Shown here in pieces: positions 47,060 through 56,148 of a stretch of DNA of 64,000 nucleotides. Position 1 is the first letter of the stretch, and every line of letters starts with the position of its first letter. The DNA lies in the NCBI GenBank assembly GCA_964549765.1, contig CAZJWR010000006.1, positions 36,487 through 100,486 on the forward strand, given 5' to 3'. A program made the position numbers and the translations under genes. The DNA comes from an uncultured Ignavibacteriales bacterium (lineage in GTDB: Bacteria > Zixibacteria > MSB-5A5 > GN15 > JAAZOE01). Below the pieces are notes generated by a model, which saw nothing but the letters and a program-made list of their open reading frames with translations, was not told where the DNA came from and did no database searches.

Positions 47060-47974
47060 ATGCAAACGGAGAAGGACAAACCGGCGCCGACCTTCCCTGA
47101 AATCGACGTTTTTATGCGGGCTGTCGCGGTCGAGGAGGGGCTGGCGTCGAATACGCTGATCGCCTACCGTCGCGACCTCGAAGCGTTCATGAGCCATATC
47201 GGGCGCAAACGGATTGAGGATATTTCCCGGCGGGATATTATCGCGTATCTCCACGTTCTCTACGACATCGGCCTGAATCCCTCGACGGCGAACCGCCGGC
47301 TGTCGGCCATCAAGAAATTTCTCCGTTTTCACCTCGGTAAAACCGCGCCCGTCGCCGCGATTTCGGGGCCTCGTCTCAGCCGGCGGCTGCCGGTGGTTCT
47401 TTCGGTGGCCGAGGTGCAGAAGATCTTGGAAATTCCCGATAGAGAAGATATACGGCAAATCCGGGATGTTGCCGTTCTGGAGACGTTGTATGCCACCGGG
47501 ATGCGGATTTCGGAAATAATCGACCTGGACCGTTCCGTGTACGTGCCGGAAATCGAGTATATCATGGTTACCGGCAAGGGCAACCGTGAACGCCTTGTCC
47601 CGTTGGGCAGTTATGCCATCGCTGCGATCGACCGATATATAAAGCAATCCCGGCCCCAACTGGCCGAAGGGAAAAAGGAGTGCAACCGATTATTTATCAC
47701 GCGTCGAGGAACGGGATTCAGCCGGTCGGGGATGTGGAAACTGATCCGCGGCTACATCCTGAAAGCCGGCATCCGCAAGAAGGTGACGCCGCACACGTTC
47801 CGACACTCGTTCGCGACGCATCTTCTGGAGGGCGGGGCGAACCTGCGAGTGGTCCAGGAACTGCTTGGACACGCCAGCATCAACACGACGCAGATATACA
47901 CGCATCTCGACCGGCAGTACCTGCTGGAGATTCATCGCCAGTATCATCCGAGGGCGGCCGCAAAGGACCGCTGA
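47060..47974 (+). CDS. xerD: Tyrosine site-specific recombinase XerD
   Basis: SAM-like N-terminal domain. Catalytic residues in [20 protein letters not shown] and [14 protein letters not shown]. No flanking inverted repeats or cargo suggest a mobile element. Confidence 0.92.
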   Translation: MQTEKDKPAPTFPEIDVFMRAVAVEEGLASNTLIAYRRDLEAFMSHIGRKRIEDISRRDIIAYLHVLYDIGLNPSTANRRLSAIKKFLRFHLGKTAPVAAISGPRLSRRLPVVLSVAEVQKILEIPDREDIRQIRDVAVLETLYATGMRISEIIDLDRSVYVPEIEYIMVTGKGNRERLVPLGSYAIAAIDRYIKQSRPQLAEGKKECNRLFITRRGTGFSRSGMWKLIRGYILKAGIRKKVTPHTFRHSFATHLLEGGANLRVVQELLGHASINTTQIYTHLDRQYLLEIHRQYHPRAAAKDR

Positions 47975-48912
47975 TGCTCCACGTGGCGTCGTCCGCCATG
48001 GGCACGCGCGCCGAATTTTATCTTTCCCGAATAATCGAAGACCGAAGGGTGTCACTGCACCGGTTTGCGTCGATCGATGAGTTGCTGGTCCTGGCTCAGC
48101 GGTTCACTCTCGATTTGATCTATGTCGGTACCGGCGATATATCGGCGGACGAATTCATGAAGACGCTCGATATGATCCGTCGCATTAAAAATCATACATA
48201 TCTCGCTATTATCCCGACAGTTATCTATCATCCTCATCCCGGTGATACCATCCTGACGGCGGCGTTCGAAAACGGCGCCGAAGAGGTTTTCTCGGAAAAA
48301 CTCCCGGTCCATATCGCCTGCGTCAAGACGATGATGCTGATTCAGCGCGCCATCCGCGACCTGTCGATCAATCCCTCCAGCCGCCTGCCCGGGCCGGCCA
48401 GTATCGAACGAGAGATCGAACGGCAGATCGAGATGGGCCAGCAATTCGCCGTTTGCTACGCCGACCTCGACAATTTCAAGGCCTTCAACGACTACTACGG
48501 GTATTATTTCGGAGACCGGATCATCCAATTGACGGCCCGGATCATCAAAGACGTCGTTTTCGATTTATGCCGCGAAGGCTTCGTCGGGCATATCGGCGGC
48601 GACGATTTCATATTCGTCATCCCGGCCAACATGGTCTCGGCCATATGCGAGAATATCATCCGCACCTTCGACACGCTGATACCGTATCGGTATCATTCCG
48701 ACGACCGCGAGCGCGGGGTTATTACCACGGCCAACCGTCGCGGCACGGTGGAGGAATATGCGATCATGACTATCTCCATCGCGGTCGTGGTCAACAAGGG
48801 CAGAATGTTCACGCACGTGGGGGAAATGTCCCATATGCTGGCCGACCTCAAGACCTACACCAAATCGCTGGAGGGGTCGAACTACGTCATCGAGCGCCGC
48901 AAAAAGTACTAA
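47974..48912 (+). CDS. Receiver-like domain fused to a GGDEF domain (GGDDF variant)
   Basis: The ATG at 47974 shares one base with the xerD TGA. The C-terminal half has YADLDNFKAFNDYYGYYFGD and GHIGGDDFIF. The N-terminal half has REC-like topology but no obvious acidic pocket or phospho-acceptor Asp. The ORF-track start (47680) overlaps xerD. Confidence 0.85.
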   Translation: MLHVASSAMGTRAEFYLSRIIEDRRVSLHRFASIDELLVLAQRFTLDLIYVGTGDISADEFMKTLDMIRRIKNHTYLAIIPTVIYHPHPGDTILTAAFENGAEEVFSEKLPVHIACVKTMMLIQRAIRDLSINPSSRLPGPASIEREIERQIEMGQQFAVCYADLDNFKAFNDYYGYYFGDRIIQLTARIIKDVVFDLCREGFVGHIGGDDFIFVIPANMVSAICENIIRTFDTLIPYRYHSDDRERGVITTANRRGTVEEYAIMTISIAVVVNKGRMFTHVGEMSHMLADLKTYTKSLEGSNYVIERRKKY

Positions 48913-51050
48913 TTTTCCAGCTGCCGTTTCAATTCACGAGCGCGTTCATAATTCGGGTTGATTATCAAGAGAGAATCGAGATTGAGCAGGGCCTTCTGCC
49001 GATCCCCCAGCCGCATATACAGCACCGCCAGATTGAAATATGGCTCGACCAGTGTCTGGTCCAGGCCTTTTGCCTCGTTGTATTTGACGATGGCGCTGGC
49101 GGTGTCGCCGTTGACAAGCTCAATATTGCCCCAATTGAGATAGCCCGCGGCATATTGGGGGTTGATATCCAGTGCCCTCGTGAAATATAAGAAAGCGGTC
49201 GCAGTGTCACCGACGCGGCCATACAGGACGCCCAATTTTGCGAGCGTGCTGTAGTCGGTCGAATCGATTTCCACGACCCGCTGGAAATTCTGCGCCGCCT
49301 GTTGATATTGATCCCGGCTCATATATAATTCACCGAGATGGGCATACGGTTGTTCGTTATCCGGTTCGAGTGTGGCGGCGCGGCGATAATTCATTTCAGC
49401 CCGTTCAAAATCGCCGGTCTTCTCATAGGAAACACCGAGGTTGATATAGGCGTCGTAGTAATTCGGGTCGATCGAGACGGCGATTTTCAACTGCTGAATG
49501 GCGTCGCCGTATCGTTCCATGTTCAGATAGGTCGTGCCCAGACCGAAATACAGGGCCGGCATCCGGGGCGCTTCCGCGATGGCCAGTTTGTATTCGTTGA
49601 TGGCCTCGGGATATTTCTCCTGCCGGGAATAGGTCAGCGCCAAATTATGATGAATCTGGGCCGTATTCTGCAGACCCAATTCGAAGAAATTGGTATTGCT
49701 GAGGATCAGCAGGACAACGAGTATGACCAGCGGAATCGCGGTATTTTTTATTTTGCCGACCTTGATTTTATCCCAGAAATAGAAAACGGCATAGGCCGAA
49801 AACAGCAGCATGACCGGGATAATCGTCAGGCGATGCCGCGCCGTTACGAGAAACAGCACGACCGTGGGGATATAACCGACCAAGAAAATCAGCAGCGGCG
49901 CCATCTCCCGCCATTTTCGATAACACAGACCGATACCGATCAGTCCCAGCGGCGCGAACAAGCCGTAGGGGAATTTAAGCCCATGATCGAAAATAAGTAT
50001 GGATAGCAGCGAGGAATATTTGCGGAAATCATAGATGTCATGCTGATCGGGATTTTCGAAGCCCGAAAAGAAATAGACCACTTTTTTGAATGTCAGGGCC
50101 AGAAATTTGCCGGGATGTTCGAAGATGAATTCTTTGGCCTTGTTGGCCCAGAACGCGGACGCCTGCGACGGTTTCAGGGGATGGCCGACTTCCTTCTCGG
50201 CGTATTCGGTGGTGATGGGGATGAACTTCGTCCAGGGAACGCTGGCGTCGAGATCGATTTCCGGCATCAGCATGGTCATGCCCTCGGCCGATGAATTGTT
50301 GCCGAGGTAGAAGTTGATCCCGCCCTGCGAAGAGATGAGAACGAAATCGTCGGTGACAACATAATTACGGACGGTTACCGGGGCGATCGGCAAGCCGACC
50401 CCGATGAAAAAAAGCAGGACGAGGATGATATTGGAGCGGGTCTCGATGCGGCGGCTGAAATGGAGGAAGATCCAGACGGCCAGAAACGGGACGACGAACA
50501 GGATATTCGGCCGGGCAATGGCCGACAAACCGAACACTATGCCGATGAAAAAATAGGCCAGCAAGCCGGGATTATCGCGGTTGCGGACCAGCAGATAGAG
50601 GCCGAGCATGTTGAGGAAGACGAAAATAACCGGAATCAAGAACATGGCGTCATAGAGGATTATGGTCCCGTAAATCGCGAGAAAGATTGATCCCAAGCGG
50701 GCAACCCGTTCGGAGAAGAACCGGCGGCCGAGCAGGTAGGTGATCGATACGGTCGCCGACGAAATAACCATCTGGATCATCCGCGTCCAGAAATAACTGG
50801 AGCTGGTGATCTTGAGAAATAGCGCCAGCAGGTAGGGATAGAGCGGCCCCCGGAAATACACCTGGGTTCCCCAAAAACTCTTGCTGAGGATTTCTTCGGC
50901 CCACTGGATATTCCATAGTTCGTCGACCATGGGCGTGTTGAAAAACGGATTCGATTTGATCTGGAGGAGATAAACCAGCCGTATGATAAAGGCCACCCCG
51001 AAGATCAGGATGGCCCATTTTTTATGGTCTATTTTCGGCGAATTCGGCAT
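48909..51050 (-). CDS. GT39/ArnT-like membrane glycosyltransferase fused to C-terminal TPR repeats
   Basis: Roughly 450-aa polytopic N-terminal region resembling the PMT/ArnT (GT-C) family, followed by about eight TPR units (ALTYSRQEKYPEAINEYKLAIAEAP and similar). Confidence 0.85.
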   Translation of the reverse strand: MPNSPKIDHKKWAILIFGVAFIIRLVYLLQIKSNPFFNTPMVDELWNIQWAEEILSKSFWGTQVYFRGPLYPYLLALFLKITSSSYFWTRMIQMVISSATVSITYLLGRRFFSERVARLGSIFLAIYGTIILYDAMFLIPVIFVFLNMLGLYLLVRNRDNPGLLAYFFIGIVFGLSAIARPNILFVVPFLAVWIFLHFSRRIETRSNIILVLLFFIGVGLPIAPVTVRNYVVTDDFVLISSQGGINFYLGNNSSAEGMTMLMPEIDLDASVPWTKFIPITTEYAEKEVGHPLKPSQASAFWANKAKEFIFEHPGKFLALTFKKVVYFFSGFENPDQHDIYDFRKYSSLLSILIFDHGLKFPYGLFAPLGLIGIGLCYRKWREMAPLLIFLVGYIPTVVLFLVTARHRLTIIPVMLLFSAYAVFYFWDKIKVGKIKNTAIPLVILVVLLILSNTNFFELGLQNTAQIHHNLALTYSRQEKYPEAINEYKLAIAEAPRMPALYFGLGTTYLNMERYGDAIQQLKIAVSIDPNYYDAYINLGVSYEKTGDFERAEMNYRRAATLEPDNEQPYAHLGELYMSRDQYQQAAQNFQRVVEIDSTDYSTLAKLGVLYGRVGDTATAFLYFTRALDINPQYAAGYLNWGNIELVNGDTASAIVKYNEAKGLDQTLVEPYFNLAVLYMRLGDRQKALLNLDSLLIINPNYERARELKRQLEN

Positions 51051-51056
51051 GGCGCC

Positions 51057-53051
51057 TTATTTGTCTTTGACCGCAGTCATGCGATAAAACAGCAGCGCCA
51101 GGAGGAAAAACGCCGCCAGTGAAATGAACGGCCCGAGACTACCGGTGACAAACGAGGAACCCTCGTACGCGTTATAGAAATCCCGATACGACGCGATTCC
51201 GGCGATTAAACCCGCCGAGGTGACGCCGATGAGGGCGTCGCCGGCGACAAGTCCCGAGGCGAAAAGAATGCCCTTCTCCTGTCGCTTTTTGGCCAGGAAA
51301 CGGTCGCCCGTCAGCCTTTCCACCAGTAGCGCCAGAATACCACCGGCCATGATTGGTGTCGATAAAGAAAGCGGCAAATACAGTCCGATGGCAAATGGCA
51401 GTGATGTCACGCCCAAAAGCTCGGCGCCGACGGCGATGAACGCGCCGACAATAATCGGAGTCCAAGGAATATTTTGATTGATAACACCCTGCACGACCGT
51501 GGCCATGACGTTGGCCTGGGGCGCCAGAAGCGGCTGGGGATGGGCGGCGTCACGGACGAAACCGAAGGCGTCTCCCAAAAGATAGAGCGTGAAGCCCATC
51601 GCCAAAGCCGGGAATAATAGTCCTACGAATTCCGTCCATTGTTGTTTTTTCGGTGTGGCGCCCAATAAGTAACCGGTTTTGAGGTCCTGGGCGATATCGC
51701 CCGACATGCAGACGGCGATGCAAACCACGGCTCCGACGGACATTGCCGTGACCATGCCCGAGACGCCCCTGACGCCGAACCAGAGCAGGATCAGGCAGGT
51801 CACGAGCAGGGTAAAGATCGTCATTCCCGACACCGGCGACGATGACGACCCGACGATACCGACAATACGGGCGGCGACGACGACGAAGAAAAATCCGAAA
51901 ATAACGGCCAGCGCCGCGCCGAGGATATGCAACTCGGTTCCCGGCAGAGCCCAGATGGCGATGATGATGCCGATCGATCCGATCAGGACGTAAGACATGG
52001 GCAAATCGCGGTCGGTTCGCGGCGTGGTGTCCTCGCCGCTACGGCGGCGCTCAAGAATCTGTTTAATCCCGGCCGCGAAGGAATGGACGATGGTCGGCAG
52101 CGATTTTATCAGCGACACGGTTCCGCCCAGAGCGACAGCGCCGACTCCGAGATATTTAATATAGGAATCCCTCAATTGGGCCGGGTTCATATCGCTGAGC
52201 GGTATCGTGCCGGGTGAGATAATCAGGCCCGGTATCTGATGGCCGATGAACGCCAAAAGCGGCCCGATACCCAGGTAACCAATCACCGCGCCGGAAAGCA
52301 TCAGGGCCGAAATACGCGGCCCGATGATATACCCGACGCCCAACAACGATGGGGTGGCGTCCAGACCGATGGTGCCGCCTCGGAGGAATCCGGTGAAATT
52401 GTGTTCCGGGAATTCGCTCCAGAACCGCCCGATGCTCATCAAAGCTTTGTAAAAAGCGCCTATTCCGAGGCCGTAGAAGACGGTGCGGGCTTTGGAGCCG
52501 CCTTCATCGCCGGCGACGATAATTTCAGCGCAGGCGGTACCCTCGGGGAATTTGAGTTTGTTGTGTTCCTTTTCGACAAGATATTTGCGGAGCGGAATCA
52601 TCAGGAGGATACCGAGCGAACCGCCCAGTATCGACAGCCAGAATATCTGTGTTTTGCTGATAACGTGCGCCGGGACGGCTTCGCCCAACTGGGCATGAGC
52701 CGCCCAGATGAAAAAGGCCGGGATGGTGAAGACGATACCGGCGGCCAGTGATTCACCGGCGGAGCCGATAGTCTGAACGATATTGTTTTCAAGAACAGTC
52801 ACACGTTTCTTGCGGAAGAGCGCCCGAAGCACCGCCATCGATATGACCGCCGCCGGGATCGAAGCTGAGACGGTCATGCCGTATTTCAGCCCGAGATAGG
52901 CGTTGGCGACGCCGAAAACGACCGAAATAATCGATCCGAGCACGATGGTCTTGAGGGTTACTTCGGGAATGGTCTGACTGGCTTTGATATACGGCTCAAA
53001 GACTTCCGTGTTGCTATTGGAAGAGACAGCCGGGTCCTTTTCGTGAGCCAC
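51057..53051 (-). CDS. OPT family oligopeptide transporter
   Basis: 664-aa polytopic protein with OPT-family layout (LKYGMTVSASIPAAVISMA, KTGYLLGATPKKQQ). GTG start after AAGGAGG. Confidence 0.9.
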   Translation of the reverse strand: MAHEKDPAVSSNSNTEVFEPYIKASQTIPEVTLKTIVLGSIISVVFGVANAYLGLKYGMTVSASIPAAVISMAVLRALFRKKRVTVLENNIVQTIGSAGESLAAGIVFTIPAFFIWAAHAQLGEAVPAHVISKTQIFWLSILGGSLGILLMIPLRKYLVEKEHNKLKFPEGTACAEIIVAGDEGGSKARTVFYGLGIGAFYKALMSIGRFWSEFPEHNFTGFLRGGTIGLDATPSLLGVGYIIGPRISALMLSGAVIGYLGIGPLLAFIGHQIPGLIISPGTIPLSDMNPAQLRDSYIKYLGVGAVALGGTVSLIKSLPTIVHSFAAGIKQILERRRSGEDTTPRTDRDLPMSYVLIGSIGIIIAIWALPGTELHILGAALAVIFGFFFVVVAARIVGIVGSSSSPVSGMTIFTLLVTCLILLWFGVRGVSGMVTAMSVGAVVCIAVCMSGDIAQDLKTGYLLGATPKKQQWTEFVGLLFPALAMGFTLYLLGDAFGFVRDAAHPQPLLAPQANVMATVVQGVINQNIPWTPIIVGAFIAVGAELLGVTSLPFAIGLYLPLSLSTPIMAGGILALLVERLTGDRFLAKKRQEKGILFASGLVAGDALIGVTSAGLIAGIASYRDFYNAYEGSSFVTGSLGPFISLAAFFLLALLFYRMTAVKDK

Positions 53052-53105
53052 AGAACCTCCTTAGGTATGGATGGCCGGGGTCGGTTGCCGCATCAAAATC
53101 ACACC

Positions 53106-53134
53106 AAGCTACATATATCCCAAATTATTGTCAA
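53106..53134 (-). promoter_or_regulatory. sigma70-like promoter candidate for the OPT transporter
   Basis: On the minus strand, TTGACA (53134-53129), 17-nt spacer, TAGCTT (53111-53106). Confidence 0.35.
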
Positions 53135-53340
53135 GACAAAAGGGGAACGCTCACCGTGCAGGCCGATTCGGATGGGAAATATGAAGGGACGGGATCATGG
53201 TCATAGCCCGAAAGCAAATCAGGCCGTTGGGTTATTGACATCCAGTCATTGAATGTCGTCTCGTTATGGAACCAACCGGGGTGTGAATTGTTTGGATGAC
53301 ATGGAACACGATATAGGCGGAAGCCGGCTTTTGTCCCGGT

Positions 53341-53385
53341 GAGTGTGAATCGAGTGTGAATGCGCGGTGAGAAAAGGTGAGAAAA
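53341..53385. repeat. Two adjacent short tandem duplications in an intergenic region
   Basis: GAGTGTGAAT at 53341-53350 and again at 53352-53361. GGTGAGAAAA at 53366-53375 and again at 53376-53385 (perfect). Confidence 0.6.
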
Positions 53386-53578
53386 AATTTTTAGTAGGCT
53401 ACGGGAAAAAAGTGGAACTTTATCAGCAAAAAGTGTAAAATCGGTAGGAGGATGATTGAAAAGCCGGAGAGTCGATTTCTCAATTTTGATTGAAAACGGG
53501 CAGAATGTGTCTGGTCCCCCCTCACACGCCGCTGGACAGGAATTTTGCATCTCCGGCAATTGGGGCAAAGAAAAGGAT

Positions 53579-53607
53579 TTGACAAAATCGACTTCACATT
53601 GTACATT
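53579..53607 (+). promoter_or_regulatory. sigma70-like promoter candidate for the T9SS-cargo gene
   Basis: TTGACA (53579-53584), 17-nt spacer, TACATT (53602-53607). Implies a 5-prime UTR of about 140 nt. Confidence 0.5.
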
Positions 53608-53754
53608 GTATGTAGTGAGTTGCCCCACACCTCATCCCAACCCGTCTCAGCGTATAAAAATGTTATTTGGAAAGTAAATGGCTGTGCGGCGCACAGGGAG
53701 CTTGTGCTTCCGGCAGCCACGGAGTAAACCCTTAAAACGGAGGGGGTGACATTA

Positions 53755-54564
53755 ATGAAGCGTAATGTGCTTGTCACTTCAATCCTTGTCCTGTTCTTGG
53801 TTCCGGCCTTCGTCATGGCCGCCAACAGCGACAAGTTCGTTGCGGCCAAAGCGGCGCCGACATCATCGGACGAGTTGGTGGTGCCGCTTAACGTGACGAA
53901 TGCCGAAAAGTTGGTCGCCATGGATATCCCGTTGGGATTTTCCGAGGGGGCCCACTTGGATAGGGTCGTCTTTACCGACCGGGTGAAGAGTTTCGAGTAT
54001 ACGATCGCCAATATCGACAACGAGAACCGGCAGGTCGTGATCGGTTTGATCTCCATGGTTTCCAAGGAGCTGCCCGATCTGAGCGTCGGTTCCGGCCCCA
54101 TTGCCGAGCTTCACTTCACGCTCGATAACGGGGTGAGTGGCGTCGAGCTCAAGGCGATCGAGCTGGAAAATCCGAATCATTCGTTGACGTATTACTACAA
54201 CGATTATTCCAGCGGGCGTCCGGAAGTAAAAAGCGTCCATCCTGAGTTCGAAACGCAATTTGTCGAACTCAAGAGCGCCATCCCGTCAGTCTTCGCTCTG
54301 CACCAGAATTCCCCGAACCCGTTCAACCCGACTACCTCGGTCAAATACGACATGCCCAAGGCCGGTGACGTTCAGATTGCAGTTTTCAACGTCCTGGGTC
54401 AGCGTGTGACGGATTTGGTCAACGGGTATCAGGAAGCCGGCTCTCATGAAGTCGTCTGGAACGGCAAGGATGACGGTGGTTCGTCGGTAGCCAGTGGCAT
54501 CTATTTCTATCGGATCAAGACGTCCGAATTTTCCGATACGAAGAAGATGCTGCTTCTGAAGTAA
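53755..54564 (+). CDS. Secreted protein with a cohesin-like N-terminal domain and a T9SS type A C-terminal sorting domain
   Basis: GGAGGGGG RBS and signal peptide MKRNVLVTSILVLFLVPAFVMA. The C-terminus LHQNSPNPFNPTTSVKYDMP...VFNVLGQRV...GSHEVVWNGKDDGGSSVASGIYFYRIKT...KKMLLLK matches the Por secretion tail consensus. Confidence 0.85.
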   Translation: MKRNVLVTSILVLFLVPAFVMAANSDKFVAAKAAPTSSDELVVPLNVTNAEKLVAMDIPLGFSEGAHLDRVVFTDRVKSFEYTIANIDNENRQVVIGLISMVSKELPDLSVGSGPIAELHFTLDNGVSGVELKAIELENPNHSLTYYYNDYSSGRPEVKSVHPEFETQFVELKSAIPSVFALHQNSPNPFNPTTSVKYDMPKAGDVQIAVFNVLGQRVTDLVNGYQEAGSHEVVWNGKDDGGSSVASGIYFYRIKTSEFSDTKKMLLLK

Positions 54565-54617
54565 AGTTCACCAGTACTTCAAAACTGGTTTTCGCACAGC
54601 CCAAGTTAGCATTTGTG

Positions 54618-54652
54618 AGCCCTTCTTGCACTCCAGGAAGGGCTTAATTTTT
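54618..54652 (+). terminator. Intrinsic terminator after the T9SS-cargo gene
   Basis: AGCCCTTC/GAAGGGCT 8-bp stem with an 11-nt loop, followed by TAATTTTT. Confidence 0.6.
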
Positions 54653-54866
54653 CGCAGATTCTGCGTAATTACCATAAGCGAAATCTCATAATTCGGTCGG
54701 CGAAGCGCATAAAATGCGCCTGCCTCTTGTCGATTTCGGAGGTGTTGGCGTAAGTGCTTGTCGTACATTGTAAAAAATTATTTCTTTTATCGAGTGTGAT
54801 GGCATGATCTTTGTTTTACTATTTACTGTCTGATACGGGGATAAAACGATCCGAGTGATCGTTGTA

Positions 54867-54941
54867 TCAGCGATTGGAGAGGAGGGCCCCTGTCACGATA
54901 ACGATAGGGGCTCCCAAAAGAAGACAGTTCCTTCTTTCCAT
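54867..54941 (-). CDS. Candidate 24-aa hydrophobic small protein (speculative)
   Basis: AAGAGGA RBS 6-7 nt upstream of the ATG at 54941. Product MERRNCLLLGAPIVIVTGALLSNR has one TM-like helix. A hairpin AACGATC-ACTCG-GATCGTT plus TTAT follows at 54863-54841. Confidence 0.25.
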   Translation of the reverse strand: MERRNCLLLGAPIVIVTGALLSNR

Positions 54942-55005
54942 ATAGATCCTCTTTAAACACGCCGTGGCCCGACAGTTCCTGTCGGGCCAATTTTTTTGCG
55001 GAAAG

Positions 55006-56013
55006 TCAGATACGGTGCTGTTCGAGGATATCCTCGGCGAGTGGCGCAACGGAGACAATGTTGGATTCTTCATTGCGTGAATAGGTGATCGTCACTTCCT
55101 CGACGTGTTTCAAGTCGCAATAGCGGGCAGTGATCGCCGCCCCCAGGGCAATATTGGCTTCGCTGAGATCGCCTTTAAGGAGCGTCAGCGGCGATCCGCA
55201 ATCTTTGGCCTCGAAAAGCCAATCGCCGTTGGTGATATACCGTTCGATCTTATCGTTTTCTTCTTTGTTGCGTCCTACTATGAGTTTGGAACGGGTATCC
55301 AGCCGGAAATGTCGTCCGACTTTTAATAAATTCAGGTCGTTGAAGTCGACAATCTCCTGATGCGAGAACAAGTCGCGCAGCCGGCGCGAATAGCCAACGT
55401 CGGTCAGCAGGCAACCGGCAGCCGGATTGGGGTAATCTTCGAGGCCGAATTTGTCAGCCAATTCCATCTGTCGCCGACGAGAACGCCCGGAAATGCTTTC
55501 CAGCCGTTCGCGGTCGAGCAGGCCCGACAATTCCGGTTCGGTGGGGTTCATCAATTTGGCCGAGAGGGGGCGTACCAGTCGGCCTTTTAAACCGCTGTCG
55601 CGTTCGACGATATCGAGCTGTCGCCGGTGCTGGGACATCGGCCGCTGGCCGAGGACCTCTCCGGTGAAAACAAAGTCGGCGCCGGTTATTTCCATGAATT
55701 GCCTGGCTTCGGTCAACATCAGGATGCGGCAGTCGATGCAGGGATTCATGTTCTTGCCGTGGCCGTATTTGGGGTTGCGGACGATATCCACGAATTTATA
55801 TCCGAGGTGGACCATCTTGACGGCAAAGCCGAATTTTTCGGCGACAGCCGAGGGGTCGTGCGAACAGCTCGATTTATCGTTGATGTCGCACCCGAAATGG
55901 GTCATAAACATCAGGGCGGTTACTTCAATATCCTGCTGCATGACCAATAATATGGCCAGGGCCGAATCGAGACCGCCGGAAAACAAGGCAATTGCGTGTC
56001 CGCGTTGACTCAT
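55006..56013 (-). CDS. PP-loop ATP pyrophosphatase, ThiI/MnmA-like tRNA thiolation enzyme family
   Basis: ALFSGGLDSALA PP-loop (SGGxDS), NPCIDCRILM, and GEVLGQRPMSQ motifs seen in ThiI-C-terminal-like proteins. Confidence 0.85.
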   Translation of the reverse strand: MSQRGHAIALFSGGLDSALAILLVMQQDIEVTALMFMTHFGCDINDKSSCSHDPSAVAEKFGFAVKMVHLGYKFVDIVRNPKYGHGKNMNPCIDCRILMLTEARQFMEITGADFVFTGEVLGQRPMSQHRRQLDIVERDSGLKGRLVRPLSAKLMNPTEPELSGLLDRERLESISGRSRRRQMELADKFGLEDYPNPAAGCLLTDVGYSRRLRDLFSHQEIVDFNDLNLLKVGRHFRLDTRSKLIVGRNKEENDKIERYITNGDWLFEAKDCGSPLTLLKGDLSEANIALGAAITARYCDLKHVEEVTITYSRNEESNIVSVAPLAEDILEQHRI

Positions 56014-56091
56014 TTTTGTCGCTCCTTCACGTAAAACATAGTATATAACGGCGAACTGTCAACGGTTATTGGCGTGATAGTGAATTATGGC

Positions 56092-56120
56092 TTGACACTC
56101 AACGCTGACGGAAATAGTAT
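56092..56120 (+). promoter_or_regulatory. sigma70-like promoter candidate for the mla operon
   Basis: TTGACA (56092-56097), 17-nt spacer, TAGTAT (56115-56120). Lies inside the ORF-track extension, which argues for the ATG at 56149 as the mlaE start. Confidence 0.5.
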
Positions 56121-56148
56121 ATCAGCATTTAAGGCACGGGGTATTTTG

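Noticed and set aside
47060-47974. Tyrosine recombinase as a possible integrase of a mobile element or integron
   Set aside because: The sequence is a typical XerD with a SAM-like N-domain. There is no adjacent attachment-site-like repeat, tRNA, cargo genes, attC-like sites or composition shift. It is flanked by housekeeping genes.
53131-54101. Minus-strand ORFs of 165 and 236 aa in or near the long intergenic region
   Set aside because: They have no RBS. Their composition is atypical, and they run through tandem repeats and into the antisense of the well-supported T9SS cargo gene. They are treated as non-coding.
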